In this document: piece by piece, positions 20,830 through 31,177 of the stretch
Numbering within the stretch: position 1 is the stretch's first letter
Layout of the letters: every line of letters begins with the position of its first letter
Assembly: GCA_963827685.1 (NCBI GenBank)
Contig: CAWHBU010000004.1
Location: 448,001 to 512,000 of the forward strand
Source: an uncultured delta proteobacterium
GTDB taxonomy: Bacteria; Desulfobacterota; BSN033; UBA1163
DNA: 64,000 nucleotides
Direction of reading: 5' to 3'
Position numbers and translations under genes: made by a program
The notes under the pieces: model-generated
Database searches by the model: none
The model's input: the letters and a program-made list of their open reading frames with translations, nothing else
What the model was told of the DNA's origin: nothing

Positions 20830-21919
20830 CCGACGCCTCTTCATCCATTTCGATTGGACTTTATTGGGGATTGTTCTCGTCATCGCCTCGATTGGAATTC
20901 TCAACCTCTACAGCGCCACAGCGAAGATGGAGATGTCCGGAACCCCGCTCTATCTCAAACAAATATTTTGGCTGCTGATTGGACTAACGGTGATGGTGAT
21001 CGTCGCCTTTGCCGAATACCGTTTTTATTCGGATTTTGCTTATATCGTTTATTCTGTTGCCTTATTTCTTTTAATCGTCGTATTGGTTTATGGCATTATT
21101 ACCTCAGGTGCCCAACGATGGGTTAAAATCGGATTCCTTTCCGTTCAGCCTTCGGAGTTTGTCAAGATCGCACTCATCTTAGCGCTGGCAAAGTTTTTCC
21201 ATCGTCCTCCGGATCGAAAGGGGTATGCGTTGAAGCAACTTGCTCTACCGTTTCTCCTTCTTCTGCTGCCGATGGCTATGATCCTGAAACAACCTGACCT
21301 GGGGACGGCCATTATCCTTCTCTTAGTTTTTTTCTCAATTCTGATCTTTGTTAAGATTCGATGGTCTTCCTTGCTGATCATTGGTTTGTCTGGAGCTGCT
21401 GGTGTGCCGCTTCTTTGGAAACTTCTTAAAGAATATCAGAGATTGCGAATCAAGACCTTCTTTAACCCAGACCTGGACCCCCTGGGTGCGGGATATCATA
21501 TCATTCAATCGAAGATTGCGGTAGGCTCAGGGGGACTTATTGGAAAAGGTTTTATGAAAGGAACTCAATCCAAGTTGGGCTTTCTGCCTGAACAACAGAC
21601 GGACTTCATCTTCTCAGCCCTCGGAGAGGAGTGGGGCTTGATCGGCTCTCTCTTTGTCGTAGGGCTCTATATGGCATTAATCCTGTGGGGGATCCGCATC
21701 GCCGTCCAAGCCAAAGACCGCTTTAGTGCCATCCTTGCTTTTGGTGTGGTGGCGATGCTCTTCTGGCATGTCTTCATCAACATTGGAATGGTGCTGGGAA
21801 TGATGCCGGTGGTAGGAATTCCTCTTCCCCTGCTCAGTTATGGCGGGTCCTTTATCATCTCCACTCTGATTGGAGTTGGTCTTCTCCTGAATGTGAGCAT
21901 GAGAAGGTATCTCTTTTAA
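20819..21919 (+). CDS. rodA: Peptidoglycan glycosyltransferase RodA
   Basis: 'GAQRW', 'QPSEF', 'QPDLGT', 'TDFIF', 'SYGGS'. Confidence 0.96.
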   Translation: MQIDRRLFIHFDWTLLGIVLVIASIGILNLYSATAKMEMSGTPLYLKQIFWLLIGLTVMVIVAFAEYRFYSDFAYIVYSVALFLLIVVLVYGIITSGAQRWVKIGFLSVQPSEFVKIALILALAKFFHRPPDRKGYALKQLALPFLLLLLPMAMILKQPDLGTAIILLLVFFSILIFVKIRWSSLLIIGLSGAAGVPLLWKLLKEYQRLRIKTFFNPDLDPLGAGYHIIQSKIAVGSGGLIGKGFMKGTQSKLGFLPEQQTDFIFSALGEEWGLIGSLFVVGLYMALILWGIRIAVQAKDRFSAILAFGVVAMLFWHVFINIGMVLGMMPVVGIPLPLLSYGGSFIISTLIGVGLLLNVSMRRYLF

Positions 21920-21996
21920 AAGTTCGGAGTTCGGAGTTTTGAGTTCGGAGATTCTAAACAAAAAACTCCTAACTCCGAACTAATCACTACGAACTT
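21920..21996. repeat. Heptamer (AGTTCGG) tandem units followed by inverted copies, between convergent rodA and ssb; possible terminator
   Basis: AGTTCGG AGTTCGG AGTTTTG AGTTCGG ... CTCCTAA CTCCGAA CT. Confidence 0.65.
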
Positions 21997-22419
21997 CTAA
22001 AAGGGGACGTCGTCGTCCGGTCCGGGGACCCCTTCTTGGTCAATCTCCATTTCTTTCTCAGAGGCGGGTGATTCCACGGATGCTCCCGGTGTTCCTAACA
22101 TCTGCATCTGAGTGGCGACAATTTCGGTGGTATACCTACGGTTTCCGTCCTTGCCTTCCCAAGAGCGGGTTCGAATTCGGCCTTCGATGTAGACCTGTTT
22201 TCCTTTATTCAGATATTCTCCACAAATCTCAGCCAATCGTCCGAAAGCCACAATCCGGTGCCATTCCGTGATCGTCGTTTTTTCTCCGGAAGATCGATTG
22301 ACTCGATTTTCACTCGTGGCCATGCGGAAATTTGCCACCGTTGTGCCATTGCTGAGATACTTCACCTCAGGATTTGCACCCAGATTACCGATGAGGATGA
22401 CCTTGTTGACTCCCGCCAT
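21997..22419 (-). CDS. ssb: Single-stranded DNA-binding protein
   Basis: '[11 protein letters not shown]', 'TEWHR', acidic tip 'DDDVPF'. Confidence 0.98.
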   Translation of the reverse strand: MAGVNKVILIGNLGANPEVKYLSNGTTVANFRMATSENRVNRSSGEKTTITEWHRIVAFGRLAEICGEYLNKGKQVYIEGRIRTRSWEGKDGNRRYTTEIVATQMQMLGTPGASVESPASEKEMEIDQEGVPGPDDDVPF

Positions 22420-22681
22420 AAAACCCTCCTGTTCGTGCCCGGAAAAGGCAGAAACGATCGTTGCTTGCGATTTCTTAGATTCCCCCGTGTATGCATCTGA
22501 GCATTTTCTTCTAACATTTAGAAAGAGCCCTCCGAAAACCTCTCCTCACCTGGTGGGAGGGAATAGGTCAAGGGAATTTCAAATATCTTTGATTCGTGTT
22601 TGAAGTTAAACAAATCGTATCCAAGATCGATGTGTCACCTTATCATTTCTAAGAACTCTTTTCAAGTCGAAAAGACCCGAC

Positions 22682-24073
22682 GTAAGCATCTCTTTTCCTG
22701 TGATGAGATCATGCGGCGTATCGTGCTACCTCTCTTCGTCGTTGCGCCCAATAAGTCCCCCATTCCCCGTTAAGCTTCAAGAGTCTCAATTTCAGAAGAG
22801 GGTTAGCGCCACCCCGATGCCAATTCATCCCTCGTTTCTTAAACCTCCGGGCGACCGTGATATCCACGGTCTTCTCCACAGGCCCTGACCCATAGCCCTT
22901 GACCTTCGGTATGTTTCCAATCCAATCCAAGTTATTCCTCACATAAGTCATCGCTTCCAAGATCTTCTTCCTCCGCTCAATCTCCCCAACCCTCGCTCCC
23001 TCTCCCATAAGCCGCTGAATAATCTCTGAACCCTTCCCTTCGAAAGCGAATCCTTTGAGCTCTTCAATGACCCTCTGGTTCTCCTCTCCTAGAGCCCACC
23101 TCAGCTCCTTCTCTAAATGCCAGATATCTAAGACCCCGATCGCCTCCGGAAAGTAACCCTCCTTCAACGTCCGGATCCAATTGGCCCCATCCCCAATAAA
23201 AATAACCTCCTTGGCCTTCAGAACCCCCTGCCTCACACATTCTAGGAAAAACTTTTCTCCAAACGCCTCAATCCCTTCAATCGATGCATAGCTCTTCTTG
23301 TCCCTCAGCCAAAACCGATCCTTCGACACCTTCATCCGTTCACTAAAACTTGCTCCTACCTTGCATTCCATCCACTCCCCAGCCCCCCGCCCATTGACCG
23401 CTGTCCCATCCACCTGAACATAAAGCACCTCCGGGACTCTCTCCGACCCTCCGCCCTCCACCCCTCGCCCCTCCTCAAACACCTCCCGGCGCCTCTGCTC
23501 CTCCCATCGGCCAATCCTATCCCCTTCCTCTAACGCCATCCCGTGAATCTTCTTCCGACTAACCTCTAACCCCGTAAACTTCTCTAAAAACTCATGCGCC
23601 TTCTCATAACTGACCTCCACCGCTGCCCATAAACTCCTCTCCCTCACCCCTAACGTAACACTCTCCCCTGACTCTAACCCAATCGCCTCATCCAAAGGGT
23701 AGATCTCTTGCCCACACCTCGGACAACGCAATCGAACCCGGTCCAACTCCACCACTCCTAACAACGTCTTAATCCTTCTCAACGCCTGCCCATTCCTCAC
23801 CATCTCCAACCCACATCCCTCACACTCCCTCGAATCCCTCAAAACTTCTCCTTCGATCTCCTCCAACACCCTCTTCAATACCCCTAAAAAAACCTCCTCC
23901 CGAATCCTCAACAACTCCTCCTCCACCCAATGGACATCCCTCTGCCTCAATGTTATACTCACGTCGAAGGATACTCTTATTTCCTTCATGGCTCACCTCC
24001 TGTGTGTGTTGCTCTCACAATCACACTACCAGGTGAGCCTTTTTTATTCCATCACAGTTTTGGAGATGCTTCC
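22682..24073 (-). mobile_element. Insertion sequence, ISLre2/ISKra4-type (Mutator-like DDE), apparently complete
   Basis: Imperfect TIRs AAGCATCTCTTTTCCTGTGATG (22684-22705) and the complement of AAGCATCTCCAAAACTGTGATG (24050-24071); flanks AGACCCGAC / AGACCGAC resemble an imperfect target duplication. Confidence 0.8.
22709..23989 (-). CDS. Transposase (UPF0236 / ISLre2-ISKra4-like)
   Basis: 'QVDGT', 'IGDGANWI', 'LDIWH', 'GSGPVEK', 'RRFKKRGMNW'; N-terminal Cys pairs. Confidence 0.88.
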   Translation of the reverse strand: MKEIRVSFDVSITLRQRDVHWVEEELLRIREEVFLGVLKRVLEEIEGEVLRDSRECEGCGLEMVRNGQALRRIKTLLGVVELDRVRLRCPRCGQEIYPLDEAIGLESGESVTLGVRERSLWAAVEVSYEKAHEFLEKFTGLEVSRKKIHGMALEEGDRIGRWEEQRRREVFEEGRGVEGGGSERVPEVLYVQVDGTAVNGRGAGEWMECKVGASFSERMKVSKDRFWLRDKKSYASIEGIEAFGEKFFLECVRQGVLKAKEVIFIGDGANWIRTLKEGYFPEAIGVLDIWHLEKELRWALGEENQRVIEELKGFAFEGKGSEIIQRLMGEGARVGEIERRKKILEAMTYVRNNLDWIGNIPKVKGYGSGPVEKTVDITVARRFKKRGMNWHRGGANPLLKLRLLKLNGEWGTYWAQRRREVARYAA

Positions 24074-24308
24074 AGACCGACCACGGGAAGATATTGACCC
24101 TTCGATTGCCTGCATAGTATATTATTAAAAATATGGTAAAAAGCTCACTCAGGGTCAACCCTGAGCCTTTGTCTAAGCCCTGGGCGTAAGCTTATTCATA
24201 AGCCTATGCCAAAGGCGGGTTCAAACCTTTTGCCTGGAGAGGCCGAAGGGTTGACGGGGGTAGAAATATATTTTAGTCTTTTCTTACTCCTTTCATTTGG
24301 AGATGGGG

Positions 24309-24872
24309 ATGAGAAGAAAAATCGTTCTTCTAATGTTGATCATGATGGAAATGGCTATCTTGCTCAGTCCTTTCCCTCAGGTTGGAAGGGCTGCCATATC
24401 CTCCCAACCGAAATGTCCTTCCTGTGAATCTTTCGGTGTTCAAAGATTTCAGGAAAGAAAAGAAGCCCCCGCTTTTTCCCTCAACAGTTTGGATGGGAAA
24501 AAAATCAGCCTCAGCGACTTCAAAGGAAAACCGGTTCTCATCACCTTCTGGGCGACTTGGTGTGATTCCTGCAAAGAGGACATCCCTTTGTTGGAAAAAC
24601 TCTCCGCCGGGGAAAAGGATCAATTGACGATCCTTTTGATTACCATTGATGGGGAAAGAAAGAAAGCCGCTCAAAAGATCGCGGACCAAAATAAGATTAC
24701 CGTTCCTGTCCTTTTGCTCTTGAAGGAAAGGGTGATGGACCAATACGGAGTCAGGGGCTGGATTCCTCTGACTTTCCTCATCGATCAACAAGGGATGTTG
24801 GTGGGGAAGGTTGTGGGACAAAGGGATTGGTGCTCACCGGAAGCCTGGTCTTGCCTGAAAGAGACTCTTTGA
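24309..24872 (+). CDS. TlpA/ResA-like thiol-disulfide oxidoreductase
   Basis: Signal/TM segment, 'FWATWCDSC', cis-Pro 'IPLTFLID'. Confidence 0.9.
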   Translation: MRRKIVLLMLIMMEMAILLSPFPQVGRAAISSQPKCPSCESFGVQRFQERKEAPAFSLNSLDGKKISLSDFKGKPVLITFWATWCDSCKEDIPLLEKLSAGEKDQLTILLITIDGERKKAAQKIADQNKITVPVLLLLKERVMDQYGVRGWIPLTFLIDQQGMLVGKVVGQRDWCSPEAWSCLKETL

Positions 24873-24878
24873 ACTTCG

Positions 24879-24906
24879 TTGACAAATTCCGTTATTTTCG
24901 TATAAT
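24879..24906 (+). promoter_or_regulatory. Sigma70-type promoter upstream of lon
   Basis: TTGACA-N16-TATAAT. Confidence 0.7.
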
Positions 24907-24917
24907 AATACCTGATT

Positions 24918-27281
24918 TTGAATTTGGAACTGGAGTTTTTTGTGAGATATCTCTACAAGTCAGAAAGCGTTTCCATCCCGCAAAGACTTCTCTTCATCCC
25001 CCTGAAAGAGACGATCATCTTTCCTTACGTCATCGCCCCTCTTTTTCTTCAATCGGATGAAGCCTTAGCCATATTCAATAAGGTCCTCCTGGACAATAGT
25101 CTCATCGGATGTGTCGGTCTGCGTGACCCCTATCTGAAAGATCCCCAACCCAAGGATCTCCTGTCCGTTGGGACGGTCTGTAAAATTCTCCAATTGGTTA
25201 AGTTGCCCAATAAAGGGATGAAGATTCTTGTGGAAGGGCTTTCGAGAGTCTTTCTCCAAGACATTACCCGGGAGCCTCCTTATTTCAAGGCAGATGTCTG
25301 TGAGATCAATGAGCATCAAGAAAGGACGGTTCTTTCTGAAACCCTTATTCAGAGCATCGGGACCCTTTTCAAAATTTCACTCTCCATGGGGAAACCCCTT
25401 CCCGAGGAGATATCGAAGACCCTCGATAAAATTGACCAGCCGGGCAGACTCGCTGACCTGATCGCCATTACCCTCCATTTGGGATTGAAGGAACAGCAAG
25501 AAATCTTTGAGACCATCGATCCCCTGGAACGATTGAAAAAAGTCTTCCGTCACTTCAGTCGAGAGATCCAATCCTCCCCGGCCAGGCCTCAGTCCCTGCT
25601 CCACCCTGGAAAAGAGGGGGGAAAATTTCAGAAAGATCATTCCCTTCGTCCTCCCATTAGAGGGCAGAGGGAACCGCCTGAAGAGGATCCCTATCTGGCT
25701 GAGATCCACGAGCTTAGGGAGAAAGTCCAAAACGCCGCGATGCCGCAAAAGGTTGAAGAGATCGCTTATAAAGAGATCAACCGACTGGAACGGATGAACC
25801 CCATCTCTGCAGAATATACCGTTTCCAGAACGTATCTCGACTACCTCATCACGATACCATGGAATAAGAAGACCGTGGACAACCTGGACCTCAGCCGGGC
25901 TCAGGCCATCCTGAACGAAGACCATTATGACCTTGAAAAAGTGAAGGAACGGATCTTGGAGTTCTTAGCCGTTAAAAAATTGAAGGAACCCATGAAGGGT
26001 CCCATCCTCTGTTTTGTCGGTCCCCCTGGTGTCGGCAAGACATCCCTGGGACGCTCCATCGCCCGCGCTTTGGAGAGGAAATTTATTCGGATCTCCCTGG
26101 GAGGGGTAAGGGATGAAGCAGAGGTGCGGGGACACCGTCGAACTTACGTGGGAGCCCTTCCAGGCCGGATCATTCAAGAGATCCGGAGGGCGGAAACGTC
26201 CAATCCAGTTTTTATGCTCGATGAGGTGGATAAGATCGGTCAGGATGTCCGGGGCGATCCAGCCGCAGCCCTTCTCGAAACCCTCGATTCGGAGCAGAAT
26301 TTTTCATTTACCGATCATTACTTAGATGTCCCGTTTGATCTCTCCCACGCCCTGTTCATCACGACGGCCAATACCCTGTCACCGATTCCTCCTGCTTTAT
26401 TGGATCGAATGGAAGTCATCCATCTGGCAGGATATACTGAGGAAGAGAAGGAGAAGATTGCCTTTCAATTTCTGATTCCCCGCCAGAAGGAAGAGAACGG
26501 GTTGAGAGACACGCCGCTCTCTTTCACTCCGGAAGCGGTTTCCAAAATCATTCGAGAATATACCCGGGAAGCAGGGGTTCGAAATTTAGAAAGAGAGATT
26601 GCTACCCTCTGTCGCAAAGTGGCCAAGGAAGTGGCCATGGGAAATACTCCGAAAGAGATCATCGATGAGGCAGCCGTTGAGGAGCTTCTGGGGCCACGAG
26701 CGTTCTTCCGCGAAGTCGCTCAAGAGAGAGACCGCATCGGCGTGGCCACCGGACTGGCCTGGACGGAGAATGGAGGGGACATCATCTTTATCGAGACGTC
26801 TAAGATGAAAGGGGAGAAGGGACTCATCTTGACGGGATCCCTGGGAGAGGTGATGAAGGAATCTGCTCAGGCAGCCCTCTCTTATATTCGAACGAATGCC
26901 CCCTCCCTCCATGTCCCTGAGAATTTTTATCAGGAGTGCGATATCCACATCCATATCCCGGCTGGGGCAACTCCCAAAGACGGACCTTCTGCCGGAATCA
27001 CCATTGCCACGGCCGTTCTGTCTCTTTTAAGAGAAAAGCCCGTTCCCCGTGAGACGGCGATGACCGGTGAGCTGACCTTGAGTGGAAGAGTGCTTCCGGT
27101 GGGGGGGATTAAGGAAAAGATCCTGGCTGCCCGCCGAGCTGGCGTGAAGACCGTGATCCTGCCCAAACAGAACGAAAAGAATCTTGATGATATTCCAGAC
27201 TATATCAAAAAGGAAATGCACTTCATCTTCGTCGAACACATCCAGGAGGTATTGGATTTGATCCTACCCTCATCGGGGTAA
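24918..27281 (+). CDS. lon: ATP-dependent Lon protease
   Basis: LON N-domain, Walker A 'GPPGVGKTS', 'LDEVDK', catalytic 'PKDGPSAG', 'GGIKEK'; start uncertain (TTG 24918 or GTG 24942). Confidence 0.96.
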   Translation: MNLELEFFVRYLYKSESVSIPQRLLFIPLKETIIFPYVIAPLFLQSDEALAIFNKVLLDNSLIGCVGLRDPYLKDPQPKDLLSVGTVCKILQLVKLPNKGMKILVEGLSRVFLQDITREPPYFKADVCEINEHQERTVLSETLIQSIGTLFKISLSMGKPLPEEISKTLDKIDQPGRLADLIAITLHLGLKEQQEIFETIDPLERLKKVFRHFSREIQSSPARPQSLLHPGKEGGKFQKDHSLRPPIRGQREPPEEDPYLAEIHELREKVQNAAMPQKVEEIAYKEINRLERMNPISAEYTVSRTYLDYLITIPWNKKTVDNLDLSRAQAILNEDHYDLEKVKERILEFLAVKKLKEPMKGPILCFVGPPGVGKTSLGRSIARALERKFIRISLGGVRDEAEVRGHRRTYVGALPGRIIQEIRRAETSNPVFMLDEVDKIGQDVRGDPAAALLETLDSEQNFSFTDHYLDVPFDLSHALFITTANTLSPIPPALLDRMEVIHLAGYTEEEKEKIAFQFLIPRQKEENGLRDTPLSFTPEAVSKIIREYTREAGVRNLEREIATLCRKVAKEVAMGNTPKEIIDEAAVEELLGPRAFFREVAQERDRIGVATGLAWTENGGDIIFIETSKMKGEKGLILTGSLGEVMKESAQAALSYIRTNAPSLHVPENFYQECDIHIHIPAGATPKDGPSAGITIATAVLSLLREKPVPRETAMTGELTLSGRVLPVGGIKEKILAARRAGVKTVILPKQNEKNLDDIPDYIKKEMHFIFVEHIQEVLDLILPSSG

Positions 27282-27303
27282 ATAGTTCGGAGTGATGAGT
27301 TCG

Positions 27304-27323
27304 CCTGCCTGCCGGCAGGCAGG
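27304..27323. repeat. 20-bp palindrome CCTGCCTGCCGGCAGGCAGG within a GAGTTCG heptamer tract
   Basis: Perfect palindrome; relatives at 30776, 30872, 39978, 57415, 59879. Confidence 0.75.
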
Positions 27324-27394
27324 GAGTTCGGAGACGAAGAAATGCTCCGAGCAAAAGACTCCCAACTCATAACGCTGCAAGTCTGCAGAGGAGA

Positions 27395-28306
27395 ATGGCA
27401 CCCTTCAAATCTGGTTTCATCTCCATCCTGGGAAGGCCGAATGTTGGGAAGTCGACCCTTTTCAATCGTCTCCTCGGTGATAAAATTGCCATCGTCGCTG
27501 AAAAACCTCAGACCACACGAAACCGAATTCTTGGCATCAAGAATGTTGAAGGAGGTCAGCTTATCTTCCTCGATACCCCGGGGATTCACCCAGGACGATC
27601 TGAACTGAACCAACGGATGGTCCGAACAGCCATTGCCTCGGGTCGGGATGCAGAGGTCGTCCTCTTTCTCATCGAGGCGACCGCTCCACGCGTCGAAAAA
27701 GACCGGGAGATGATAGAACCCCTCAGGGAGAGCAGGGGCGTCCCCTTTCTGGTCATCAACAAAATTGATTTGGTGAAAAGAAAACACCTCCTTCCCATCA
27801 TGGATCAATATCAAACCCTTCATCCCTTCAGAGAGATACTTCCTGTCTCGGCCATGACGGGAGAAGGGATCGATATTCTGTTAGATGAAATCCTGAAAGT
27901 CCTTCCGGAATCCTTGCCCTATTATCCGGAAGACATGGTCACTGACCAGACCGAACGCTTTTGGGTTTCCGAAATCATTCGAGAGAAGGTGATCCGCCAA
28001 TCCTATCAAGAGATTCCTTATTCAACGGCTGTCACCATCGAGGCGTTCAAAGAACATTCTGAAAAAAATCTCATGGTCATTCAAGGAACGATCCATGTCG
28101 AAAGAGAATCTCAAAAAAAGATTCTCATCGGAAAAGGCGGGCAGAGATTGAGAAAGATTGGAGAGGCTGCCCGGAAAGAAGTGGAGGCCCTCTTGGGGAC
28201 AAGGGTCTTTTTAGAGTTGTGGGTGAGTGTGGAAAGAAATTGGACCCAAGACCCCCGTGCCTTGAATCGGCTGGGTTATCCATCGAGCTTAAACCATTCA
28301 CCTTGA
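27395..28306 (+). CDS. era: GTPase Era
   Basis: 'GRPNVGKST', 'PQTTR', 'DTPG', 'NKID', KH domain 'SQKKILIGKGG'. Confidence 0.97.
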   Translation: MAPFKSGFISILGRPNVGKSTLFNRLLGDKIAIVAEKPQTTRNRILGIKNVEGGQLIFLDTPGIHPGRSELNQRMVRTAIASGRDAEVVLFLIEATAPRVEKDREMIEPLRESRGVPFLVINKIDLVKRKHLLPIMDQYQTLHPFREILPVSAMTGEGIDILLDEILKVLPESLPYYPEDMVTDQTERFWVSEIIREKVIRQSYQEIPYSTAVTIEAFKEHSEKNLMVIQGTIHVERESQKKILIGKGGQRLRKIGEAARKEVEALLGTRVFLELWVSVERNWTQDPRALNRLGYPSSLNHSP

Positions 28307-28312
28307 GGGGGG

Positions 28313-29170
28313 TTGTCTGTGGATGAGAGGGAAACGTTAGGAAGCTATCTTAAAAATCAGCGGGAATCCAAGAAGATTTCTCTGAGAGAAGTGACAAAAA
28401 ATACAAGGGTGAGGGAATACATCCTCAGGGCCATCGAAGAGGACCGACATGATCTTCTTCCTGCGGCGACCTATGTGAAAGGATTTCTTTTAGCCTATGC
28501 CAAATATCTCAGGCTCGATCGCAATGATGTCCTTCTCCGTTATGAAAGAGTTTTGAAAGGAGAACCTGCTCCCCCGCCAGCCCCTCCTCCCCCCAAACCC
28601 AAAAAGAAGATTTCGTGGAATACCAAGCAGATCTGGGTGGTCGGCGGGGTCATCGCGGCAAGCTTTATTGTCTTTTATTTCTTCTCCCCCTACTCTTTTA
28701 AACCTGCCGTTGAACCCATTCCTGAAAAACCTGTTCCCGGAAGACCTATCGTCGAAGGAGAACCTTCCATCGCTCCTTCTCCTCCTGTGACTGCGACAAC
28801 CGGTGCGCCAGAAGAAAAACCCGTTGTCGAAGAGAAGAAGCCTCTCGCTCCTTCTCCTCCCGTACCGGCAACCACTTCTGTTCAGGAAAAAAAGGCCTTC
28901 TCCCTCCAGCTTAAAGCAGTCGAGGAGACATGGGTGAGGCTTCAGGTGGAGGGTCAATCGGAAAAGGAGATGACCTTCAAGCGAGGAGACGGTATTTCCG
29001 TTCTGGCATCGAATCGGATTCGGATGATCATTGGAAATGCAGGTGGCCTCAACCTGATCTGGAATGGGAAATTGTTGGATAAATTTGGAAAGTCAGGGGA
29101 AGTGATCACTCTCGTCATCACCTCCCAAGGGGTAGAGGTAACACGGCCGGAACCTCCAAAATCCCCCTAA
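28313..29170 (+). CDS. rodZ: RodZ-like cytoskeleton protein (HTH, TM, Pro-rich linker, DUF4115)
   Basis: 'LGSYLKNQRE', 'YVKGFLLAYAKYL', single TM, C-terminal 'IGNAGG'. Confidence 0.85.
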   Translation: MSVDERETLGSYLKNQRESKKISLREVTKNTRVREYILRAIEEDRHDLLPAATYVKGFLLAYAKYLRLDRNDVLLRYERVLKGEPAPPPAPPPPKPKKKISWNTKQIWVVGGVIAASFIVFYFFSPYSFKPAVEPIPEKPVPGRPIVEGEPSIAPSPPVTATTGAPEEKPVVEEKKPLAPSPPVPATTSVQEKKAFSLQLKAVEETWVRLQVEGQSEKEMTFKRGDGISVLASNRIRMIIGNAGGLNLIWNGKLLDKFGKSGEVITLVITSQGVEVTRPEPPKSP

Positions 29171-29279
29171 GAAGCGAAAGGTCAAACGAGGTTCATATTC
29201 CTTTCAAATTCCAAAAAATAGATTTTAAGCTCTTTGAATGTTGACATTTGAAATCTAATTTTTAACTTTTTTCGAGAGG

Positions 29280-29813
29280 GTGATATCAAAGAATGACTCA
29301 TCCAGAAGGATAGAGAAGATCATGGTTCGGCACCACGATGAAGAGGAAAGAGAAAAGATTTCCTGGAGAGAAATTGATCGGAGAAGAGACCGCAGTCCCT
29401 ATGCTCCCAAAGAAACTCCCGGGGATCGAGAAAGATCCCGTCGTTCCGAATGGGTGATGAGAAAATATCGAAAGGAGGCTGATAAACTTTTCATGGGGAA
29501 AAAAGGAACCAAGAAACATCAAAAGGCCCATCACGACATCGATCGTTATCACGGCACAGATCAGTTTGAAACAACGGTCAAGGCCTATTTAGATCAATAC
29601 GGTCTGCCGGATGACTGGAGCACACTCACCCTTCTACTGGATTATTCAGATTCCGAGAAGGTTCTACAGGTGCTCGCTGCCATGAAGGATCTCTATGAAA
29701 CGAGAAGTCCGATTGAGAAGCAGGGCTTCAAAGCCAAGGTGGACATCTTAGCGATGACCGCCAGTGACAGCGATCTAAGAGATTTTGCGGAAGAGATGCT
29801 CAAAACCTTATAG
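29280..29813 (+). CDS. Hypothetical protein
   Basis: Long ORF with host-like codon use; start may be ATG 29322; no motif recognised. Confidence 0.65.
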   Translation: MISKNDSSRRIEKIMVRHHDEEEREKISWREIDRRRDRSPYAPKETPGDRERSRRSEWVMRKYRKEADKLFMGKKGTKKHQKAHHDIDRYHGTDQFETTVKAYLDQYGLPDDWSTLTLLLDYSDSEKVLQVLAAMKDLYETRSPIEKQGFKAKVDILAMTASDSDLRDFAEEMLKTL

Positions 29814-30113
29814 GCTCAAACGCATTATTTAAAAAACCGTTCCACGTGTCCGTTGTCCGTGTCCGCAAATCAGCCAATACGGCACTTAATTGAAATAGCC
29901 CGTTGGTGTTACAAATAGTATTGTTTCATTCAATGGTTTTCTTTGGACCTTGGAATGTTTTCTTTGCAGGTGTTTTCTTTAGAGGTTTTTGAAGAAGGAC
30001 GCTATGCCGTTTTTGACGCAATCGTTCAAACCGTTTGATCTCTCCGTATTTGCCGAATCGTCCGCCTCTTCCCATGTGGGGCAAACCGCACTCTTCGTTA
30101 TGAGCCCTCCGAT

Positions 30114-30524
30114 TTACGAAAGGGAAGGCTGAAGGCTTCGACGTTTTGATGGAAGAGCGTTCTTAATATACGCATCCAGAAGACTCTCGAGCTGATTCTT
30201 ATCCCATCCCGTGTAGGTCTCTTTCCCTTCCACAATGAAGGTAGGGTAGGTTCGGATCCGATGACGCAGGGATTTATAGATTCCGAGAGGCGATTGGGCA
30301 TCGATCAGCTTAATGAGGAGGCGATGCTTATAGAGCCGGTTTAATTCTCGAATCCAGTCTGAAAGTTTCGTATACTCCTCTTTTAAATCCGGAGGATACT
30401 CATCTATCTCTTCTTGATGAAACTTCTGATCAAGCCCTGCCTGGTCAAAGAGGATTTTGCAACGGCGGCACTCCCCCCAGGCGGTGAGCACTTTTGTGAC
30501 GATTTCCAATAGAATGGGTTTCAT
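30114..30524 (-). CDS. Hypothetical protein, possible thioredoxin-like fold
   Basis: CxxC 'ECRRC' and 'YPTFIVEG'. Confidence 0.6.
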   Translation of the reverse strand: MKPILLEIVTKVLTAWGECRRCKILFDQAGLDQKFHQEEIDEYPPDLKEEYTKLSDWIRELNRLYKHRLLIKLIDAQSPLGIYKSLRHRIRTYPTFIVEGKETYTGWDKNQLESLLDAYIKNALPSKRRSLQPSLS

Positions 30525-30670
30525 GATGGTTCTTCCAACCTCAATATATAATAATAACCCAATGATCTATGAGATTTCAAACGGGAGATTTCAAATGGAC
30601 CATTTCAAACGGAGGGAGGCCGCTTCCCTTCTCCCCCAAAATAGAAATTGAAAAAGACAAACCCCAAAAA

Positions 30671-30910
30671 CTCCCCTCCCCTCGGTTTCGAGTCGCAACG
30701 ACTGGCGGGAGGGGATTAAGGGGAGGGGGATAAAAAAGGTGATAATGCACCCTTACCGCGCCGTCGCCAAAGCGGCCTGCCTGCACGACCTGCTCGCCGA
30801 AGAAGTTCTCCGGCACACGAGAGCTTTTCGGCGAAGGCAGGCTATGGCGCGTCGGCGACCCAACCCTCTCCCCTGCCTACCGGCAGGCAGGCATCAAGGA
30901 AGAGGGGGAC
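30671..30910. repeat. Cluster of nested REP-like palindromes
   Basis: C/G hairpins interrupted by CCTGCC...GGCAGG elements at 30776-30841 and 30872-30891. Confidence 0.65.
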
Positions 30911-31032
30911 TGGATCGAGTCAATGTCTATTTTTCGGTCTCATGGATGAATGAATTGACAGGCTGTTTGATAAGGTGTAAGTTTTTTGTGATCAACGCTT
31001 TTTGGACTTCATCTCTGTCGGCTCCGAAAAAA

Positions 31033-31140
31033 TGAAGCTCCCCGCCCGCAGGGCGGAGCTTCCCGGCATTGTAATATCATTCATATTGTGCCCCTTGACC
31101 CCGCCTGCAAGGCGAGGCTTACGGGGCACGTTCCGGTCAA
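31033..31140. repeat. MITE-like element with two GC hairpins (IS200/IS605-end-like)
   Basis: GAAGCTCCCCGCCCGCAGGGCGGAGCTTC and CCCCGCCTGCAAGGCGAGG; family assignment is a guess. Confidence 0.45.
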
Positions 31141-31177
31141 GAAGGGTGGAACGGAAATTTCCTTCTCAGTGAAAGCC

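Noticed and set aside
28740-28890. Internal duplication in the RodZ linker
   Set aside because: Pro-rich linker repeats are ordinary for this family
29830-30095. Possible transposase C-terminal fragment on the minus strand
   Set aside because: Basic reading frame but no motif I could identify
31088-31177. N-terminal extension of the AddA-like ORF
   Set aside because: Runs through a palindromic repeat; ATG 31178 is the likelier start
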